A stretch of 64,000 nucleotides of DNA, taken from Candidatus Binatus sp. Lineage in GTDB: Bacteria; Desulfobacterota; Binatia; Binatales; Binataceae. The position numbers and the translations under genes were made by a program. The notes beneath the pieces are model-generated. The model saw nothing but the letters and a program-made list of their open reading frames with translations. It did not search any database and was not told where the DNA came from. This document shows positions 28,299-37,627 of the stretch, piece after piece. Numbering within the stretch: the first letter of the stretch is position 1; each line of letters opens with the position of its first letter. The stretch is from NCBI RefSeq assembly GCF_049584895.1, contig NZ_JBAUYR010000097.1, positions 2,921-66,920 of the forward strand, in the 5' to 3' direction.

Positions 28299-29140
28299 TT
28301 AAACTCGCTGACAAATTTTCGGATTACTTCGATCAGCGCCGCCGGATTGTCCAGCATCACGTGATGATACGAGTCGTCGACCTCCGCCAGGCGCGCGTTC
28401 GGAAATTGCATGACCATTTTCTTCGCGACCTCACGATCCAGCAGCGGACTCTTCGTGATCTTCACGATCAGCGCAGGGCAGGTGATGCGATGCAAGGATT
28501 TCCACACGCGCGAGGGTTCACGAATCATCGTGCGCCGATCGATTTTATGGATCCAGGAACCGTCGTCGTCCTGCCGGAAGCTGCGGAGCGCGACGTGTTC
28601 GAGGATTTCTTTCTTTGCCAGCGTCTCGCGCGGGAGAACCTTGAAATTGCGCGCGGCGTCGTCGAGCGAGCCAAATCTGCGCGCCGGTTTTTCCGCGATC
28701 GACTGCAAAAATTCGACGGCGCGCTCGGTGTAGTCCGGCGGCGGATCGAGCGCGAGGATCGCGCGCAGTTTTTCGCTGTGTTCAGCGGCGAATGCAAGCA
28801 CGTTATGCGCGCCCATCGAATGCCCAACCAAAATCGGCGCGCCGAATGTCCACTGGCCGATCACTTGATCCAGGTCCGACACGTAGTGCCGCGAGCCGTA
28901 CGCCCATTCATCGGCCCACTCGCTTTCGCCATGCCCGCGTTGATCCAGAGCCAGCACATGGAAATCTTCGACGAAGGCGGGCGCGACAAAATCCCACCAA
29001 TGCGCGTGCGCGGAGCCGCCATGCAGGAACAGGAGCGGCGGCTTGCCCTCGCCGCCGTAGTCGAGACAATTCAGCGTTAGCCCGTTGGCGATGAAGCGAT
29101 GGGTTTTCACTTTTTCAAGTACCGCAATTTCTTTTTTCAT
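28295..29140 (-). CDS. Alpha/beta hydrolase (paralogue of the downstream gene)
   Basis: FLHGGSAHAHWW, DQRGHGES, GHSMGA. The start was taken at the ATG at 29140 (MKKEIAV...); upstream of that the track ORF looks non-coding. Confidence 0.78.
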   Translation of the reverse strand: MKKEIAVLEKVKTHRFIANGLTLNCLDYGGEGKPPLLFLHGGSAHAHWWDFVAPAFVEDFHVLALDQRGHGESEWADEWAYGSRHYVSDLDQVIGQWTFGAPILVGHSMGAHNVLAFAAEHSEKLRAILALDPPPDYTERAVEFLQSIAEKPARRFGSLDDAARNFKVLPRETLAKKEILEHVALRSFRQDDDGSWIHKIDRRTMIREPSRVWKSLHRITCPALIVKITKSPLLDREVAKKMVMQFPNARLAEVDDSYHHVMLDNPAALIEVIRKFVSEFK

Positions 29141-29309
29141 ATCGACGATGCCAGTAGGCGGGCACGGCGCCCCGCCCACTATCAAGCCTCGCCCCTGGTC
29201 CCTCTCCCTTTTAGACAGGCGAACAGGAGGGTCGGATACATGATAGCTTTGCATCGCGACCCTTTCATGCCACGATTTAAGGGTTGAGTCTTGTGCACGA
29301 CCTGATGCC

Positions 29310-29876
29310 ATGCGAGATCGAACCGCGCTGAAACCACTGACGCTCGTCGCCATCCTGATATCTGCGCTTGCGTGTTTTCCATTTTCGGCGCGCGCGCAGG
29401 ACGCCAATGCGGCCAAGGCGCGCGCGCTGGTCGACGCCGCAATCAAAATGAGCGACAGCGACGCGGCTGTAAAGCTGCTCTGGCAGGCGACCGACATCGC
29501 TCCGGCGGACGAAGACGCGTACGTTTATCTCGGCCTCTACTACAATTCGCGATCCGACTTCACCAACGTCGTTAAGGTTTATCAAAAGCTGGTGAAATAT
29601 CAGCCCAACCAGGTCAGCGCCTATCTGAATATCGGCGAGGCGTACATGTCGTTTTCACCGCCGAAGACCGACGACGCGCTGGTCTACTATCGCAAGGCAT
29701 ACGAGATCGATCCAAAGAATACTTTCGCCGCGCTCAGAATTGGACAACTGCTCGCGCAGACCGGCCAACGCGATGACGCGCTGAAATATCTGAAGATTGC
29801 GCTCGGCGACAGCGCGAAGAATCCGACGGTCGCGTCGGAAGCGGAAAAAACCCTCAAGCAGATGGGCGCGCTCTGA
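29310..29876 (+). CDS. Secreted TPR-repeat protein
   Basis: Signal peptide, then TPR-like AxxYxxLGxxY repeats. Confidence 0.7.
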   Translation: MRDRTALKPLTLVAILISALACFPFSARAQDANAAKARALVDAAIKMSDSDAAVKLLWQATDIAPADEDAYVYLGLYYNSRSDFTNVVKVYQKLVKYQPNQVSAYLNIGEAYMSFSPPKTDDALVYYRKAYEIDPKNTFAALRIGQLLAQTGQRDDALKYLKIALGDSAKNPTVASEAEKTLKQMGAL

Positions 29877-29977
29877 GCGAAAGATCCGTCGCCAATAAAC
29901 CTCATTGTAGCTAAATAGAACTGATAGTTTCGTCTCTGTAGCGGTGCTATGATGGCGGCTCGGGGAGGGGAACTACA

Positions 29978-30523
29978 ATGCGAATCCGGGACAGTTTGAT
30001 TGTTCTGTCAGCTGCTTGTTTGCTGGCCAGTTGCGCAACGGCATATCAGCCGGACGGGATTTCGGGAGGATATACCGACCAGGTGCGGAGCAGTAGTACC
30101 GCGCAGGTTTCTTTTCGCGGCAATGGATTAACACCGCCAGAGACCGTTCACTCCTACATTCTCAGAAGGTGCGCAGAGTTAACGCTCGAGGATGGTTACA
30201 GCTACTTTGTGCTGGTGCATATACAGGCGCCGAGTGCAGAAACCGACAGGCTGTACAGTATGAAGGTCGAAACGGCGACGATCGAAATGCACCAGGGGAT
30301 CAAACCTCAACACCTTGCAAACGCCTACGACGCAATTTCCACGCTCAGAACGATTCTTGCTGAACAGGGTGAGAGCGAGGAGCCCTTACCGCCTTCTGTG
30401 GTTGCAAGCGACGACAAGGTAGCGAGCGCAAACGCGGTGTCCATGTCGGCCTCCCGTTCAACCCTCGCAAACACGAATCCGAACGCTCTGACCAACGAGG
30501 CGGTCCATTTCGATCACTGGTAG
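29978..30523 (+). CDS. Hypothetical lipoprotein
   Basis: Lipobox LLASC. Confidence 0.6.
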   Translation: MRIRDSLIVLSAACLLASCATAYQPDGISGGYTDQVRSSSTAQVSFRGNGLTPPETVHSYILRRCAELTLEDGYSYFVLVHIQAPSAETDRLYSMKVETATIEMHQGIKPQHLANAYDAISTLRTILAEQGESEEPLPPSVVASDDKVASANAVSMSASRSTLANTNPNALTNEAVHFDHW

Positions 30524-30562
30524 GCGGACCGCGATAGAACATGCGCTGGAAAGCCCCTGAGG

Positions 30563-30970
30563 CTACAGGCTCTCCGTCATAATCAGCAGCTGGCCTTCGA
30601 GGCCGGCCTCACGATGGACGCTGATTTCCTGAACTTCTGGCAGCGTCACGATTCGCTGGAACGCGGCACGCGATGGATACTCCATGATCGCGGCGACGTC
30701 CCACACTCCCTCGATTTCGCCGATCACCACGCCGGCGATCCTGCCCGCGAACAAAATCCTGCCACCTTCGCGCTCGACAATTTTCGTCATCGCGTTGGAG
30801 TAGCGCTGGTAAGCTTCGCGGCCCGAGATGACATCGGGTCGGCCGTCCTTGTACACAGCCTTCTCGCGGAACTTAAGCAGGTTCAGCATCGCGATCTTCG
30901 TCGACGACGTATCGCGAGCCAGCGCCTTGATTCCATCGGCGGTCGGATAACCTGCGTTTTCAACCTTCAT
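30563..30970 (-). CDS. DUF1330 domain protein
   Basis: IAMLNLLKFREKA...YQRYSNAM...VWDVAAIMEYPSRAAF. Confidence 0.7.
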   Translation of the reverse strand: MKVENAGYPTADGIKALARDTSSTKIAMLNLLKFREKAVYKDGRPDVISGREAYQRYSNAMTKIVEREGGRILFAGRIAGVVIGEIEGVWDVAAIMEYPSRAAFQRIVTLPEVQEISVHREAGLEGQLLIMTESL

Positions 30971-31332
30971 TCATTTCTCCCTTCATTTGGTCGAGGCGAT
31001 AAATGTATGGATCAGATCGGGATGAGAGGTTCGAGCTTATGTATTGTCACTACGAGTGCCATTTTTATTGGTCCGCGGTCAAAGGACCGTCATGCCTCTG
31101 CATTCAAGCTCGAGACTACGCCGATCCTAGAGCCTTATTCTCTTACCAAGTCTTTGGGCGCATCAAAACCTAGTTCTTGCAGATTCTTAGCCTATCTTCG
31201 CAATTACTCAGCCATCGTTGAACTGACTAATTTCTGATTACCTACTTTAGATTCGCGCACACTTGTGACAAAATCTTGGCCGGCAACGGGGACTCGCGGA
31301 GTTCAAGTTGGGCGGGTTGAGGAGGTGGTCAG

Positions 31333-32250
31333 ATGTCCGTTGTTAGGCAGCCTTTTCCTGGTATTTCCAGGGCCGACACAAACGATCGAACAGCTCAGAC
31401 CAACCTGGTCAGGTTGAGTGACGTTGATCGCGTGCAAGATGATCGTGACGAAATCGCATTTCGCCACGGGCCACGCGACACCTCTTCGATGTTTGTGTTC
31501 GAAACAAATCTCCAAGGTGCGCACAACCCGCCGAGCCCAGACGATGCGGTCGAGCGCGTGTCGCCAAGCGAGGATGGCTGGTCGGGTCTCGACGCCGATC
31601 AGACGCTGGGCCAGCTGATGACAGAGACGCGCAAGCATCTAGGTCTCTCGCGAGATCAGGTGAGCGAGCGAACGCACATTCCGGCGTACTACGTCAGGAT
31701 GATAGAGAGCGACAGCTACGACGCGATCCCCGATCAACTTTACCTGCTGCCTTTTTTCCGACGGTATGCGGATTTCCTCGGACTTGACGCACAGAAAGTG
31801 GTGTCGCGTTTCATCTGTGATTTCGAGAAGGCTGAGAACGAAGTAGTCGCGGCGCCGACCCCGACTGCGTACTCGAAGGCTCTACTGAAATGGCGCCAGA
31901 TTGCGGCGGCAGCGGTGGTCGGCGCAATTCTGCTCCCGTGTATCGCATGGGCAGTTGGAGCAGTGCGCGTCGCGTATCGCAGGCAGGCAGATAGTACGCT
32001 GGGGGCATCGCATTCGCCTGGCACGCGGCCGTCGACGACGATCGCTTCCACGGACGCGCGATCCATGCCCGCACAGGATCATTCTCAAACTCCTGATGCG
32101 GTCGCGGTATCTCCCGCTTCAGCGCCTACTACTTTAGCTGATACAAAGGCAGGATCTCAGGTCGCTCCGCAGATCAAACCGTCGCGGACGGGTCACCGTC
32201 ACAGGCTCATTCATCATTTGAGGCGTTGGAGGCAGAGGCATCTCATATAG
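31333..32250 (+). CDS. RodZ-like HTH (HTH_25) membrane protein
   Basis: GAGGAGG lies 7 nt before the ATG at 31333. HTH is TLGQLMTETRKHLGLSRDQVSERTHIPAYYVRMIE, followed by one TM segment and a Pro/Ser/Ala-rich tail. Confidence 0.65.
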   Translation: MSVVRQPFPGISRADTNDRTAQTNLVRLSDVDRVQDDRDEIAFRHGPRDTSSMFVFETNLQGAHNPPSPDDAVERVSPSEDGWSGLDADQTLGQLMTETRKHLGLSRDQVSERTHIPAYYVRMIESDSYDAIPDQLYLLPFFRRYADFLGLDAQKVVSRFICDFEKAENEVVAAPTPTAYSKALLKWRQIAAAAVVGAILLPCIAWAVGAVRVAYRRQADSTLGASHSPGTRPSTTIASTDARSMPAQDHSQTPDAVAVSPASAPTTLADTKAGSQVAPQIKPSRTGHRHRLIHHLRRWRQRHLI

Positions 32251-32259
32251 AGATCTCGC

Positions 32260-32694
32260 CTAGTTCTGAGGTGCTGGGGATGGGGGCGGCGAGGGAGCTC
32301 CTTGTTCGGAAGGCACCTGGTCATCATCTTCACCATTATCGTGATGCCCGTGATGCTCCCACGGGCGGGTGAAGTCGCGATCGAAAATCTTCTGTTGATC
32401 AGGCGTCAGGATGCCGCGAATGTCGCTCATTCCCTGCCAGAAAAGCTGATGTCGCCGATGCACATAATCCTGGTGCGCCTGCATCACCTTGAAGCGGGTA
32501 TCGCGCAGGATATCGGCGATTCGATCGCTTTGGGCAGGCGTCAGATTGAGCTCATGATTCATTCGGCCGATCAGCCCGCCGCCTGGCACGTGCAAGTAGC
32601 GGTACCGATAGGCCATCGTGCTCAGCGCGAAACCAATCAGGATGCAGGAGACTCCGATCAGTAAGCCGAACCAGATATTCGACCTAGCTGGCAA
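32260..32694 (-). CDS. Periplasmic Spy/CpxP-family (LTxxQ) protein
   Basis: Two LTxxQ motifs (LTPAQSDRI, LTPDQQKIF) and a His-rich C-terminus. Confidence 0.7.
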   Translation of the reverse strand: MPARSNIWFGLLIGVSCILIGFALSTMAYRYRYLHVPGGGLIGRMNHELNLTPAQSDRIADILRDTRFKVMQAHQDYVHRRHQLFWQGMSDIRGILTPDQQKIFDRDFTRPWEHHGHHDNGEDDDQVPSEQGAPSPPPSPAPQN

Positions 32695-33142
32695 GATCGC
32701 TCTCTGTCAGCGGCATCTCCGGCGCCAATGGGTCGCCTGTAGTGTCAGAAGTCATGTTGGACTCGGGGACAGATAGCGCTTCGCCAATTGAATCATTCGG
32801 GGTTCGCACCGAAAGATACGCCGCACTGGTCGCAAACACAAATATCGCCGCAGCCGCAGCCATCGGGAGCCATCGATTCGACCGCGACACCTCGCGCGAC
32901 GCCGAAGCAAATCGGGACGGCCGATCCGCCAGGGAAAACTCGCGACGTGCTGGCCGCAACGCTCGCGACGCCGGCTGTTCCATCTCGCCGTACAGAACAG
33001 GGGCCGTCAGCGCAAAGACGCGAAAGGCATGGTCGCACTTCTCGCATCCCTTCAGATGTGCCAGCAGATCGTTGCGCCGATCCGCAGTTACCGTCTTGCG
33101 CCACAGCGCGGGAAATTCCTGTCGTGCTTCAAAACAATTCAT
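32684..33142 (-). CDS. Anti-sigma factor (zf-HC2)
   Basis: N-terminal HLKGCEKCDHAF motif, one TM segment, and overlapping stop/start with its neighbours. Confidence 0.75.
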   Translation of the reverse strand: MNCFEARQEFPALWRKTVTADRRNDLLAHLKGCEKCDHAFRVFALTAPVLYGEMEQPASRALRPARREFSLADRPSRFASASREVSRSNRWLPMAAAAAIFVFATSAAYLSVRTPNDSIGEALSVPESNMTSDTTGDPLAPEMPLTESDLAS

Positions 33143-33147
33143 GACCG

Positions 33148-33777
33148 TTACCTGTTGCGTCCCATTGCGAGCATCCGCTCGGCCTGCTTGCGCAGTGCCT
33201 GTCGTGCGCGGAATGCGCGAATTTTTACCTTGGCCTCACTCCAGCCAAGCGTCTCGGCGATTTCGCTGACGCTTAAATCTTCACTCTCTTTGAGCACCAT
33301 CACCATCCGATCCTCAGGCTTCAACGTGTCGAGCAGGCGATGCGCCAAGTCGTAGGCTTCGCGCCGCTCTTCAGCCTCACCAACCAGATCCTCCGGCGAC
33401 GCGACGTGCGCGGTCTGCATCCATTGCACTTCCGGCGCGCTGAAATCTCCAACCAGCTCCTCGGGACGCCGCCTGCGCCGACGCAGCTCGTCGTAGCACA
33501 GGTTTACGACGATCGCGCGCAGCCACCCGCCAAATGGCATCTCGGCCCGATAGGTTGCCAGCGCAGTGTAAGCCCGAATGAAACTTTCCTGCGCGATATC
33601 CCGCGCCATCTCTTCGTCTGAAAAAAATCGTCTGCATAACCGTTCCACTCGTGGCCGATGCCGCGCCGCTAACTCGGAGAAGGAGTCGGTCTGCCCGCCG
33701 AGGACTTCCGTTATCAGCTCCTCGTCGGGTTTGTCGCTCAAACTGCGCCCTGCCCTTCGGCCAGCAAGGCGACCCAA
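33148..33777 (-). CDS. ECF-type RNA polymerase sigma-70 factor
   Basis: Region 2 is FIRAYTALATYR...WLRAIVVNLCYDELRRR; region 4 is LSVSEIAETLGWSEAKVKIRAFRARQAL. The true start may be the TTG at 33741. Confidence 0.88.
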   Translation of the reverse strand: MGRLAGRRAGRSLSDKPDEELITEVLGGQTDSFSELAARHRPRVERLCRRFFSDEEMARDIAQESFIRAYTALATYRAEMPFGGWLRAIVVNLCYDELRRRRRRPEELVGDFSAPEVQWMQTAHVASPEDLVGEAEERREAYDLAHRLLDTLKPEDRMVMVLKESEDLSVSEIAETLGWSEAKVKIRAFRARQALRKQAERMLAMGRNR

Positions 33778-33793
33778 TATAACTGTTTATTAA

Positions 33794-33819
33794 TACGCAT
33801 CGACTCGCTAACGGTTACA
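33794..33819 (-). promoter_or_regulatory. Candidate ECF-type promoter TGTAAC-N16-CGTA upstream of the ECF sigma gene
   Basis: The minus strand reads TGTAAC CGTTAGCGAGTCGATG CGTA. This resembles the AAC-N16/17-CGT architecture of autoregulated ECF promoters. Confidence 0.35.
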
Positions 33820-33968
33820 GTTTTCGCCGGATTTACGCCCCCAAAAGGAGATCTGCTAGAGGCGGAAATTGATCGCAACTCACGCATATTGCCTTTATTC
33901 TATATGTCTTCTGGAAGATTTTCTTCCATGCCAGGTTGGCAGGCTGAAGATAATAGTTTGGTAGGGAC

Positions 33969-34574
33969 TCATACGGTCGGAGGCGGCGGCAGGCCGGCGC
34001 GGGCCAGGTCGGACGGCGTGTCGAGGTCGAGATTAATTCCAGGATCGTCCATGTCGACGTAGACGACCCGCGATGCGTCGGCGTTTACCACGTGGCGGGC
34101 GCCCTCTTCTTCCGGCGCGGATTGTAGTTCGGCGAATATTGCGCGGTCGAAGATCACTGGGTGGCCTCGGTGGCCTTCGTAGCGCGCGATCGCTATTGGC
34201 TGGCCGGTTTGATTGTAGGAATCGACGAGGGTGCGGAACGTTTCTGCGCGGACCATCGGATGGTCTCCAAGATGAACCAGCGCGGCGGTCGAGTCCGGCT
34301 GAATCGCGCTGAGGCCGACCTTCAGCGAGGACAGCTGGCCGCGCGAATATTTGGGATTCTCGACGATCACGATTCTCTGGTCGCGCGAAATCACGGCACG
34401 CGCTCGATCGCTGTGCGCCCCGAGAACAATCACCAGCCGCGGCACGACTGTGAGCATCGATTGGGCGATGCGCTCGATGAAAGTTTGTCCATCGATTTTG
34501 AGCAGCGGCTTCGGATAGCCCATGCGCCGCGACTCGCCCGCGGCCAACAGGATTCCCTCGAGATGCGTCGGCAT
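33969..34574 (-). CDS. mocA: Molybdenum cofactor cytidylyltransferase-like NTP transferase
   Basis: GILLAAGESRRMGYPKPLL... The start was taken at the ATG at 34574; the upstream part of the track ORF is Ser/Ala/Arg junk antisense to xdhC. Confidence 0.75.
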   Translation of the reverse strand: MPTHLEGILLAAGESRRMGYPKPLLKIDGQTFIERIAQSMLTVVPRLVIVLGAHSDRARAVISRDQRIVIVENPKYSRGQLSSLKVGLSAIQPDSTAALVHLGDHPMVRAETFRTLVDSYNQTGQPIAIARYEGHRGHPVIFDRAIFAELQSAPEEEGARHVVNADASRVVYVDMDDPGINLDLDTPSDLARAGLPPPPTV

Positions 34575-34584
34575 CGATGCGCGC

Positions 34585-35745
34585 TTACTTCGAGCGTTTG
34601 AGGTTGCCGAAGCGGACGCCGAGGGTGAACTCGTCGCGCTCTTCGGTGCGGCGCTCGCGGATAATTTCGGCGATGATCGAGATTGCGATTTCCTCCGGCG
34701 TCTCACCGCCAATCGCGACCCCGAGCGGCGCGTGAACGTCGGCGAGGCGATCTTTGGGCACACCACTCGCGCCGATTCTTTCGAGGGTGGCCTTCACGCG
34801 GCGGCGCGAACCGATCATCCCGACGAATCCGCACGGTTGCATCAGCGCGGCGCGTACGACTTCTTCGTCGAACGAATGACCGCGCGTCACGGACACCAGG
34901 TAGCAGTGGCCGTCGAGCGCGAGCGAGTCGATCGCGTCGGTGAAAGGCTTGGCGATTATGTCGTCGGCTTGCGGGAACCGTTCGCGGTTGGCGAACGACG
35001 CGCGATCGTCGATCACCGTGACGTGAAATCCCAGCATTGCGCCGAGCGCGCACAGCGGCACCGCGATATGGCCCGCACCGACGATTATCAGGCGCTGCGC
35101 ACCGACGATAGGATCGACGAACAATCGCATGCCGCCGTTCGGTTCGAGATGGGTCACAGGTTGCATACCACCGGCGCCGTCAAGCTCGAGCAGAGTCGGA
35201 ATCGCGTCGGTGGTCCGATCGACAATCTGCGCGAATCCCGCCGCTGGCAGATCGATTGGTCCCGAATCGCGCGCGCTCGAATCTCGAGGATCGATGAACG
35301 TCCGCGAGCCGGCCAGGAGCTCCGCGCGCGCACCGGAATCGATCACCGTCAGCAACGCGCCAGGAGCGCTGCGTCCGGCAAAATCGGCCAGTTTTCGCGC
35401 GATACTCAGGTCGCGCGACGGCGACCACAAATCGACGAAGACATCCATGATGCCGCCGCAGGTGCCGATCTCGCGCTGGTCGAAATCGCCGGTGAGATCG
35501 ACTTCGGCCAGCCGCGCGCCGCGGTCACTTTTTTCTTCAAGTAACACACGAGCTTTTCGAAAGACCTCGGCCTCGCCGCATCCGCCGCCGATAGTGCCGA
35601 ATTGCCCGTCCTCGCGGACAATCATCTTGGCGCCGACTTCACGCGGGGTAGAGCCGCGAACATTCACGACGGTCGCCAAGGCAAACGATTGCCCGCGCTC
35701 CAGCGTGCGCAGAGCTTCAGCCCAGATTTGATCCGAACCACTCAT
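34585..35745 (-). CDS. xdhC: XdhC/CoxI-family molybdoenzyme maturation protein
   Basis: N-terminal FALATVVNVRGSTPREVGAKM...GGGCGE, plus a Rossmann part IIVGAGHIAVPL. Confidence 0.85.
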   Translation of the reverse strand: MSGSDQIWAEALRTLERGQSFALATVVNVRGSTPREVGAKMIVREDGQFGTIGGGCGEAEVFRKARVLLEEKSDRGARLAEVDLTGDFDQREIGTCGGIMDVFVDLWSPSRDLSIARKLADFAGRSAPGALLTVIDSGARAELLAGSRTFIDPRDSSARDSGPIDLPAAGFAQIVDRTTDAIPTLLELDGAGGMQPVTHLEPNGGMRLFVDPIVGAQRLIIVGAGHIAVPLCALGAMLGFHVTVIDDRASFANRERFPQADDIIAKPFTDAIDSLALDGHCYLVSVTRGHSFDEEVVRAALMQPCGFVGMIGSRRRVKATLERIGASGVPKDRLADVHAPLGVAIGGETPEEIAISIIAEIIRERRTEERDEFTLGVRFGNLKRSK

Positions 35746-35806
35746 TGAGGACCCTGATTAGAACTTACCAGAACCGGCGCGCGCGATGAATGCGGCGCCG
35801 CTGGTG

Positions 35807-36112
35807 TCACTGCAGATGCGCGCGCAGGTGGCGCAGAATGTCGCGAGCCTTTGAGAGGTTCTCCTGGGCATATTTGTAATCGCCGGATTTGATAGCAGCT
35901 TCGCCTTTCTGCTCAAACTGGCTCGCGTCGAAGAGCTGCTTGCGCTGGTCAGGATCGGTGGGGCCGCTGTCGCGCACGTGCGCCAACTCCAGCGACACCT
36001 GGCGCTCCATCTCGACCAGGTCAGGCGGCGGTGACTCGGCAATCGCGGGAGAGACCTCAACGAAAATAGCGAATACGGCAATTGGCGCGAAGAGTCGAGC
36101 GAGCTTCCTCAT
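35807..36112 (-). CDS. Small secreted hypothetical protein
   Basis: Signal peptide MRKLARLFAPIAVFAIFVEVSPAIA. Confidence 0.5.
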   Translation of the reverse strand: MRKLARLFAPIAVFAIFVEVSPAIAESPPPDLVEMERQVSLELAHVRDSGPTDPDQRKQLFDASQFEQKGEAAIKSGDYKYAQENLSKARDILRHLRAHLQ

Positions 36113-36263
36113 CGATGGAATTGTTATCGAAGCGACATCAGTTTGCCAGAGTGAGAAAGAACTTAATTTAATGTGAAACCCGCCGTGGCTTTCCGCTTCC
36201 TTGGGCAGGGGTGACCTCCTTCGGCTTCGCTCAGGACAGGTTCTGCACCCAGTGTTAAGAGGC

Positions 36264-37607
36264 TTAAAGAGTTGGCTGGACTCCGAGGCGGTGGGGATTT
36301 TCGGCGATTCCGTAGCGGGTCAGCATCCGGTAGAGGGTCGAGCGCGAGACGCCGAGCAAGTCGGCGGCGCGGCGGCGATTTCCTTCAGTCTCTTCCAGTG
36401 AACGCATCAAAGTCTTCTTGATCACGTCGTCGAGCAAGAACCCCAGCGGCTCTGAGCCGAAATCTATCTGAGGTGCGCTATGGACGGCCGGCGCTGGATC
36501 GTGGCCGTGGGCGGGAGGATCTACCGGCGAGTTCAACAACTCGGCGCCGGTTCCGTCCACGATCTGCTCGGGGAGATCGGTCACGACAATACGATTGTTC
36601 TCGCTCAAAATGACCGCGCTTTCGATTGCGTTGGAAAGTTCCCGGACATTTCCCGGCCATTGGTACCCGCATAGAACGTCGATCGCGGCGCGCGAGATCT
36701 CTGAGACGTCTTTGCCGAAAAGACGATTGTATTGTTCGATGAAATATCCGATGAAGGCCGGGATCGCCTCGCGTCGTTCGCGCAAGGGCGGAATAAAGAT
36801 CGCTGCCGCGCTCATGCGGAAGTAGAGGTCGTCGCGAAACGTTCCCGCTTTAACCATCGCGCGCAAGTCGCGATTGGTCGCCGCAACCAATCGCAGATTG
36901 ACCTTGTAGCAATGCGACGAGCCGACGGGCTGAACCTCATGTGTCTCGACCGAGCGCAGCAGCTTGGGCTGGAGCTTGAGCGGCAACTCGCCGATCTCGT
37001 CAAGGAACAGCGTGCCGCCATTGGCCGCGCGGAAGTAACCTTGCGATTCGTCGCGCGCGTCGGTAAAGGCGCCACGGATGTGGCCGAATAACTGCGACTC
37101 GGCCAGCGCTTCGACCAGGTTGGAGCAATTCAGCGTCACGAATGGACCATTCGGAACCGGACCGAGGGTATGGAGTGCGCGCGCGACCAGTTCCTTGCCG
37201 GTGCCGGATTCACCCGAAATCAAAACCGTCGCCTTGTACGGACTCAGTTGCGTAACCGACTTCAGGACCTTGCGCACCTGCGCCGAGCGCACGACCATCC
37301 CGCCGAGCCGGTCCGCGCTATGCACAAGATGACTGAGCGAGACCATCTCGCTTGCGCCGGTCCCGTTGGCAGTGGCCGATGTAGGCTGAGTTCCTGAAGG
37401 CGGTTGAGTGTCGTCGTGCTGCACCAATCCTCCTGCGTCGGCATGCGATGACAGGTCGATAGCTATCTTGAGAGCAATTGATGGGCCATTGTCGCGGAAT
37501 CGGAACACTCGCTGAACGATTGTCTGCAATAGGCACAGCCGCGCAACTGACCGGATACGGGAGTCGATGCGCCATTTCGATGGCGTAAGAGGGTCAGGAG
37601 GCGACAT
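36264..37607 (-). CDS. Sigma-54-dependent Fis-family transcriptional activator
   Basis: GESGTGKE, ESQLFGHIRGAFTDA, GGTLFLDEIG, WPGNVRELSNAIE, and C-terminal HTH NRRRAADLLGVSRSTLY. The ~130-aa N-terminal region is unrecognised. Confidence 0.88.
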   Translation of the reverse strand: MSPPDPLTPSKWRIDSRIRSVARLCLLQTIVQRVFRFRDNGPSIALKIAIDLSSHADAGGLVQHDDTQPPSGTQPTSATANGTGASEMVSLSHLVHSADRLGGMVVRSAQVRKVLKSVTQLSPYKATVLISGESGTGKELVARALHTLGPVPNGPFVTLNCSNLVEALAESQLFGHIRGAFTDARDESQGYFRAANGGTLFLDEIGELPLKLQPKLLRSVETHEVQPVGSSHCYKVNLRLVAATNRDLRAMVKAGTFRDDLYFRMSAAAIFIPPLRERREAIPAFIGYFIEQYNRLFGKDVSEISRAAIDVLCGYQWPGNVRELSNAIESAVILSENNRIVVTDLPEQIVDGTGAELLNSPVDPPAHGHDPAPAVHSAPQIDFGSEPLGFLLDDVIKKTLMRSLEETEGNRRRAADLLGVSRSTLYRMLTRYGIAENPHRLGVQPTL

Positions 37608-37627
37608 TGGTTTGCCGCTATCGCCCG

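Noticed and set aside
29187-29233. Possible degenerate, inverted copy of the hairpin-plus-G-tail repeat (minus strand CCCTCC...GGGAGAGGG-ACCAGGGGCGAGG)
   Set aside because: The stem is poor (6 versus 9 nt, 17-nt loop) and the tail matches only about 8/12. It is too divergent to call without a genome-wide alignment.
30971-31332. 360-bp relatively AT-rich intergenic region, as a possible ncRNA locus
   Set aside because: Only short (5-bp) stems were found and no recognisable motif. There is no evidence beyond length.
36195-36250. GGGGTGACCTCCTTCGGCTTCGCTCAGGACAGGTTCTGCACCC, which resembles repeat families that translate as ...LRSGQ...
   Set aside because: There is a single copy in this window and only a 5-bp terminal stem. 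It cannot be shown to be a repeat here.
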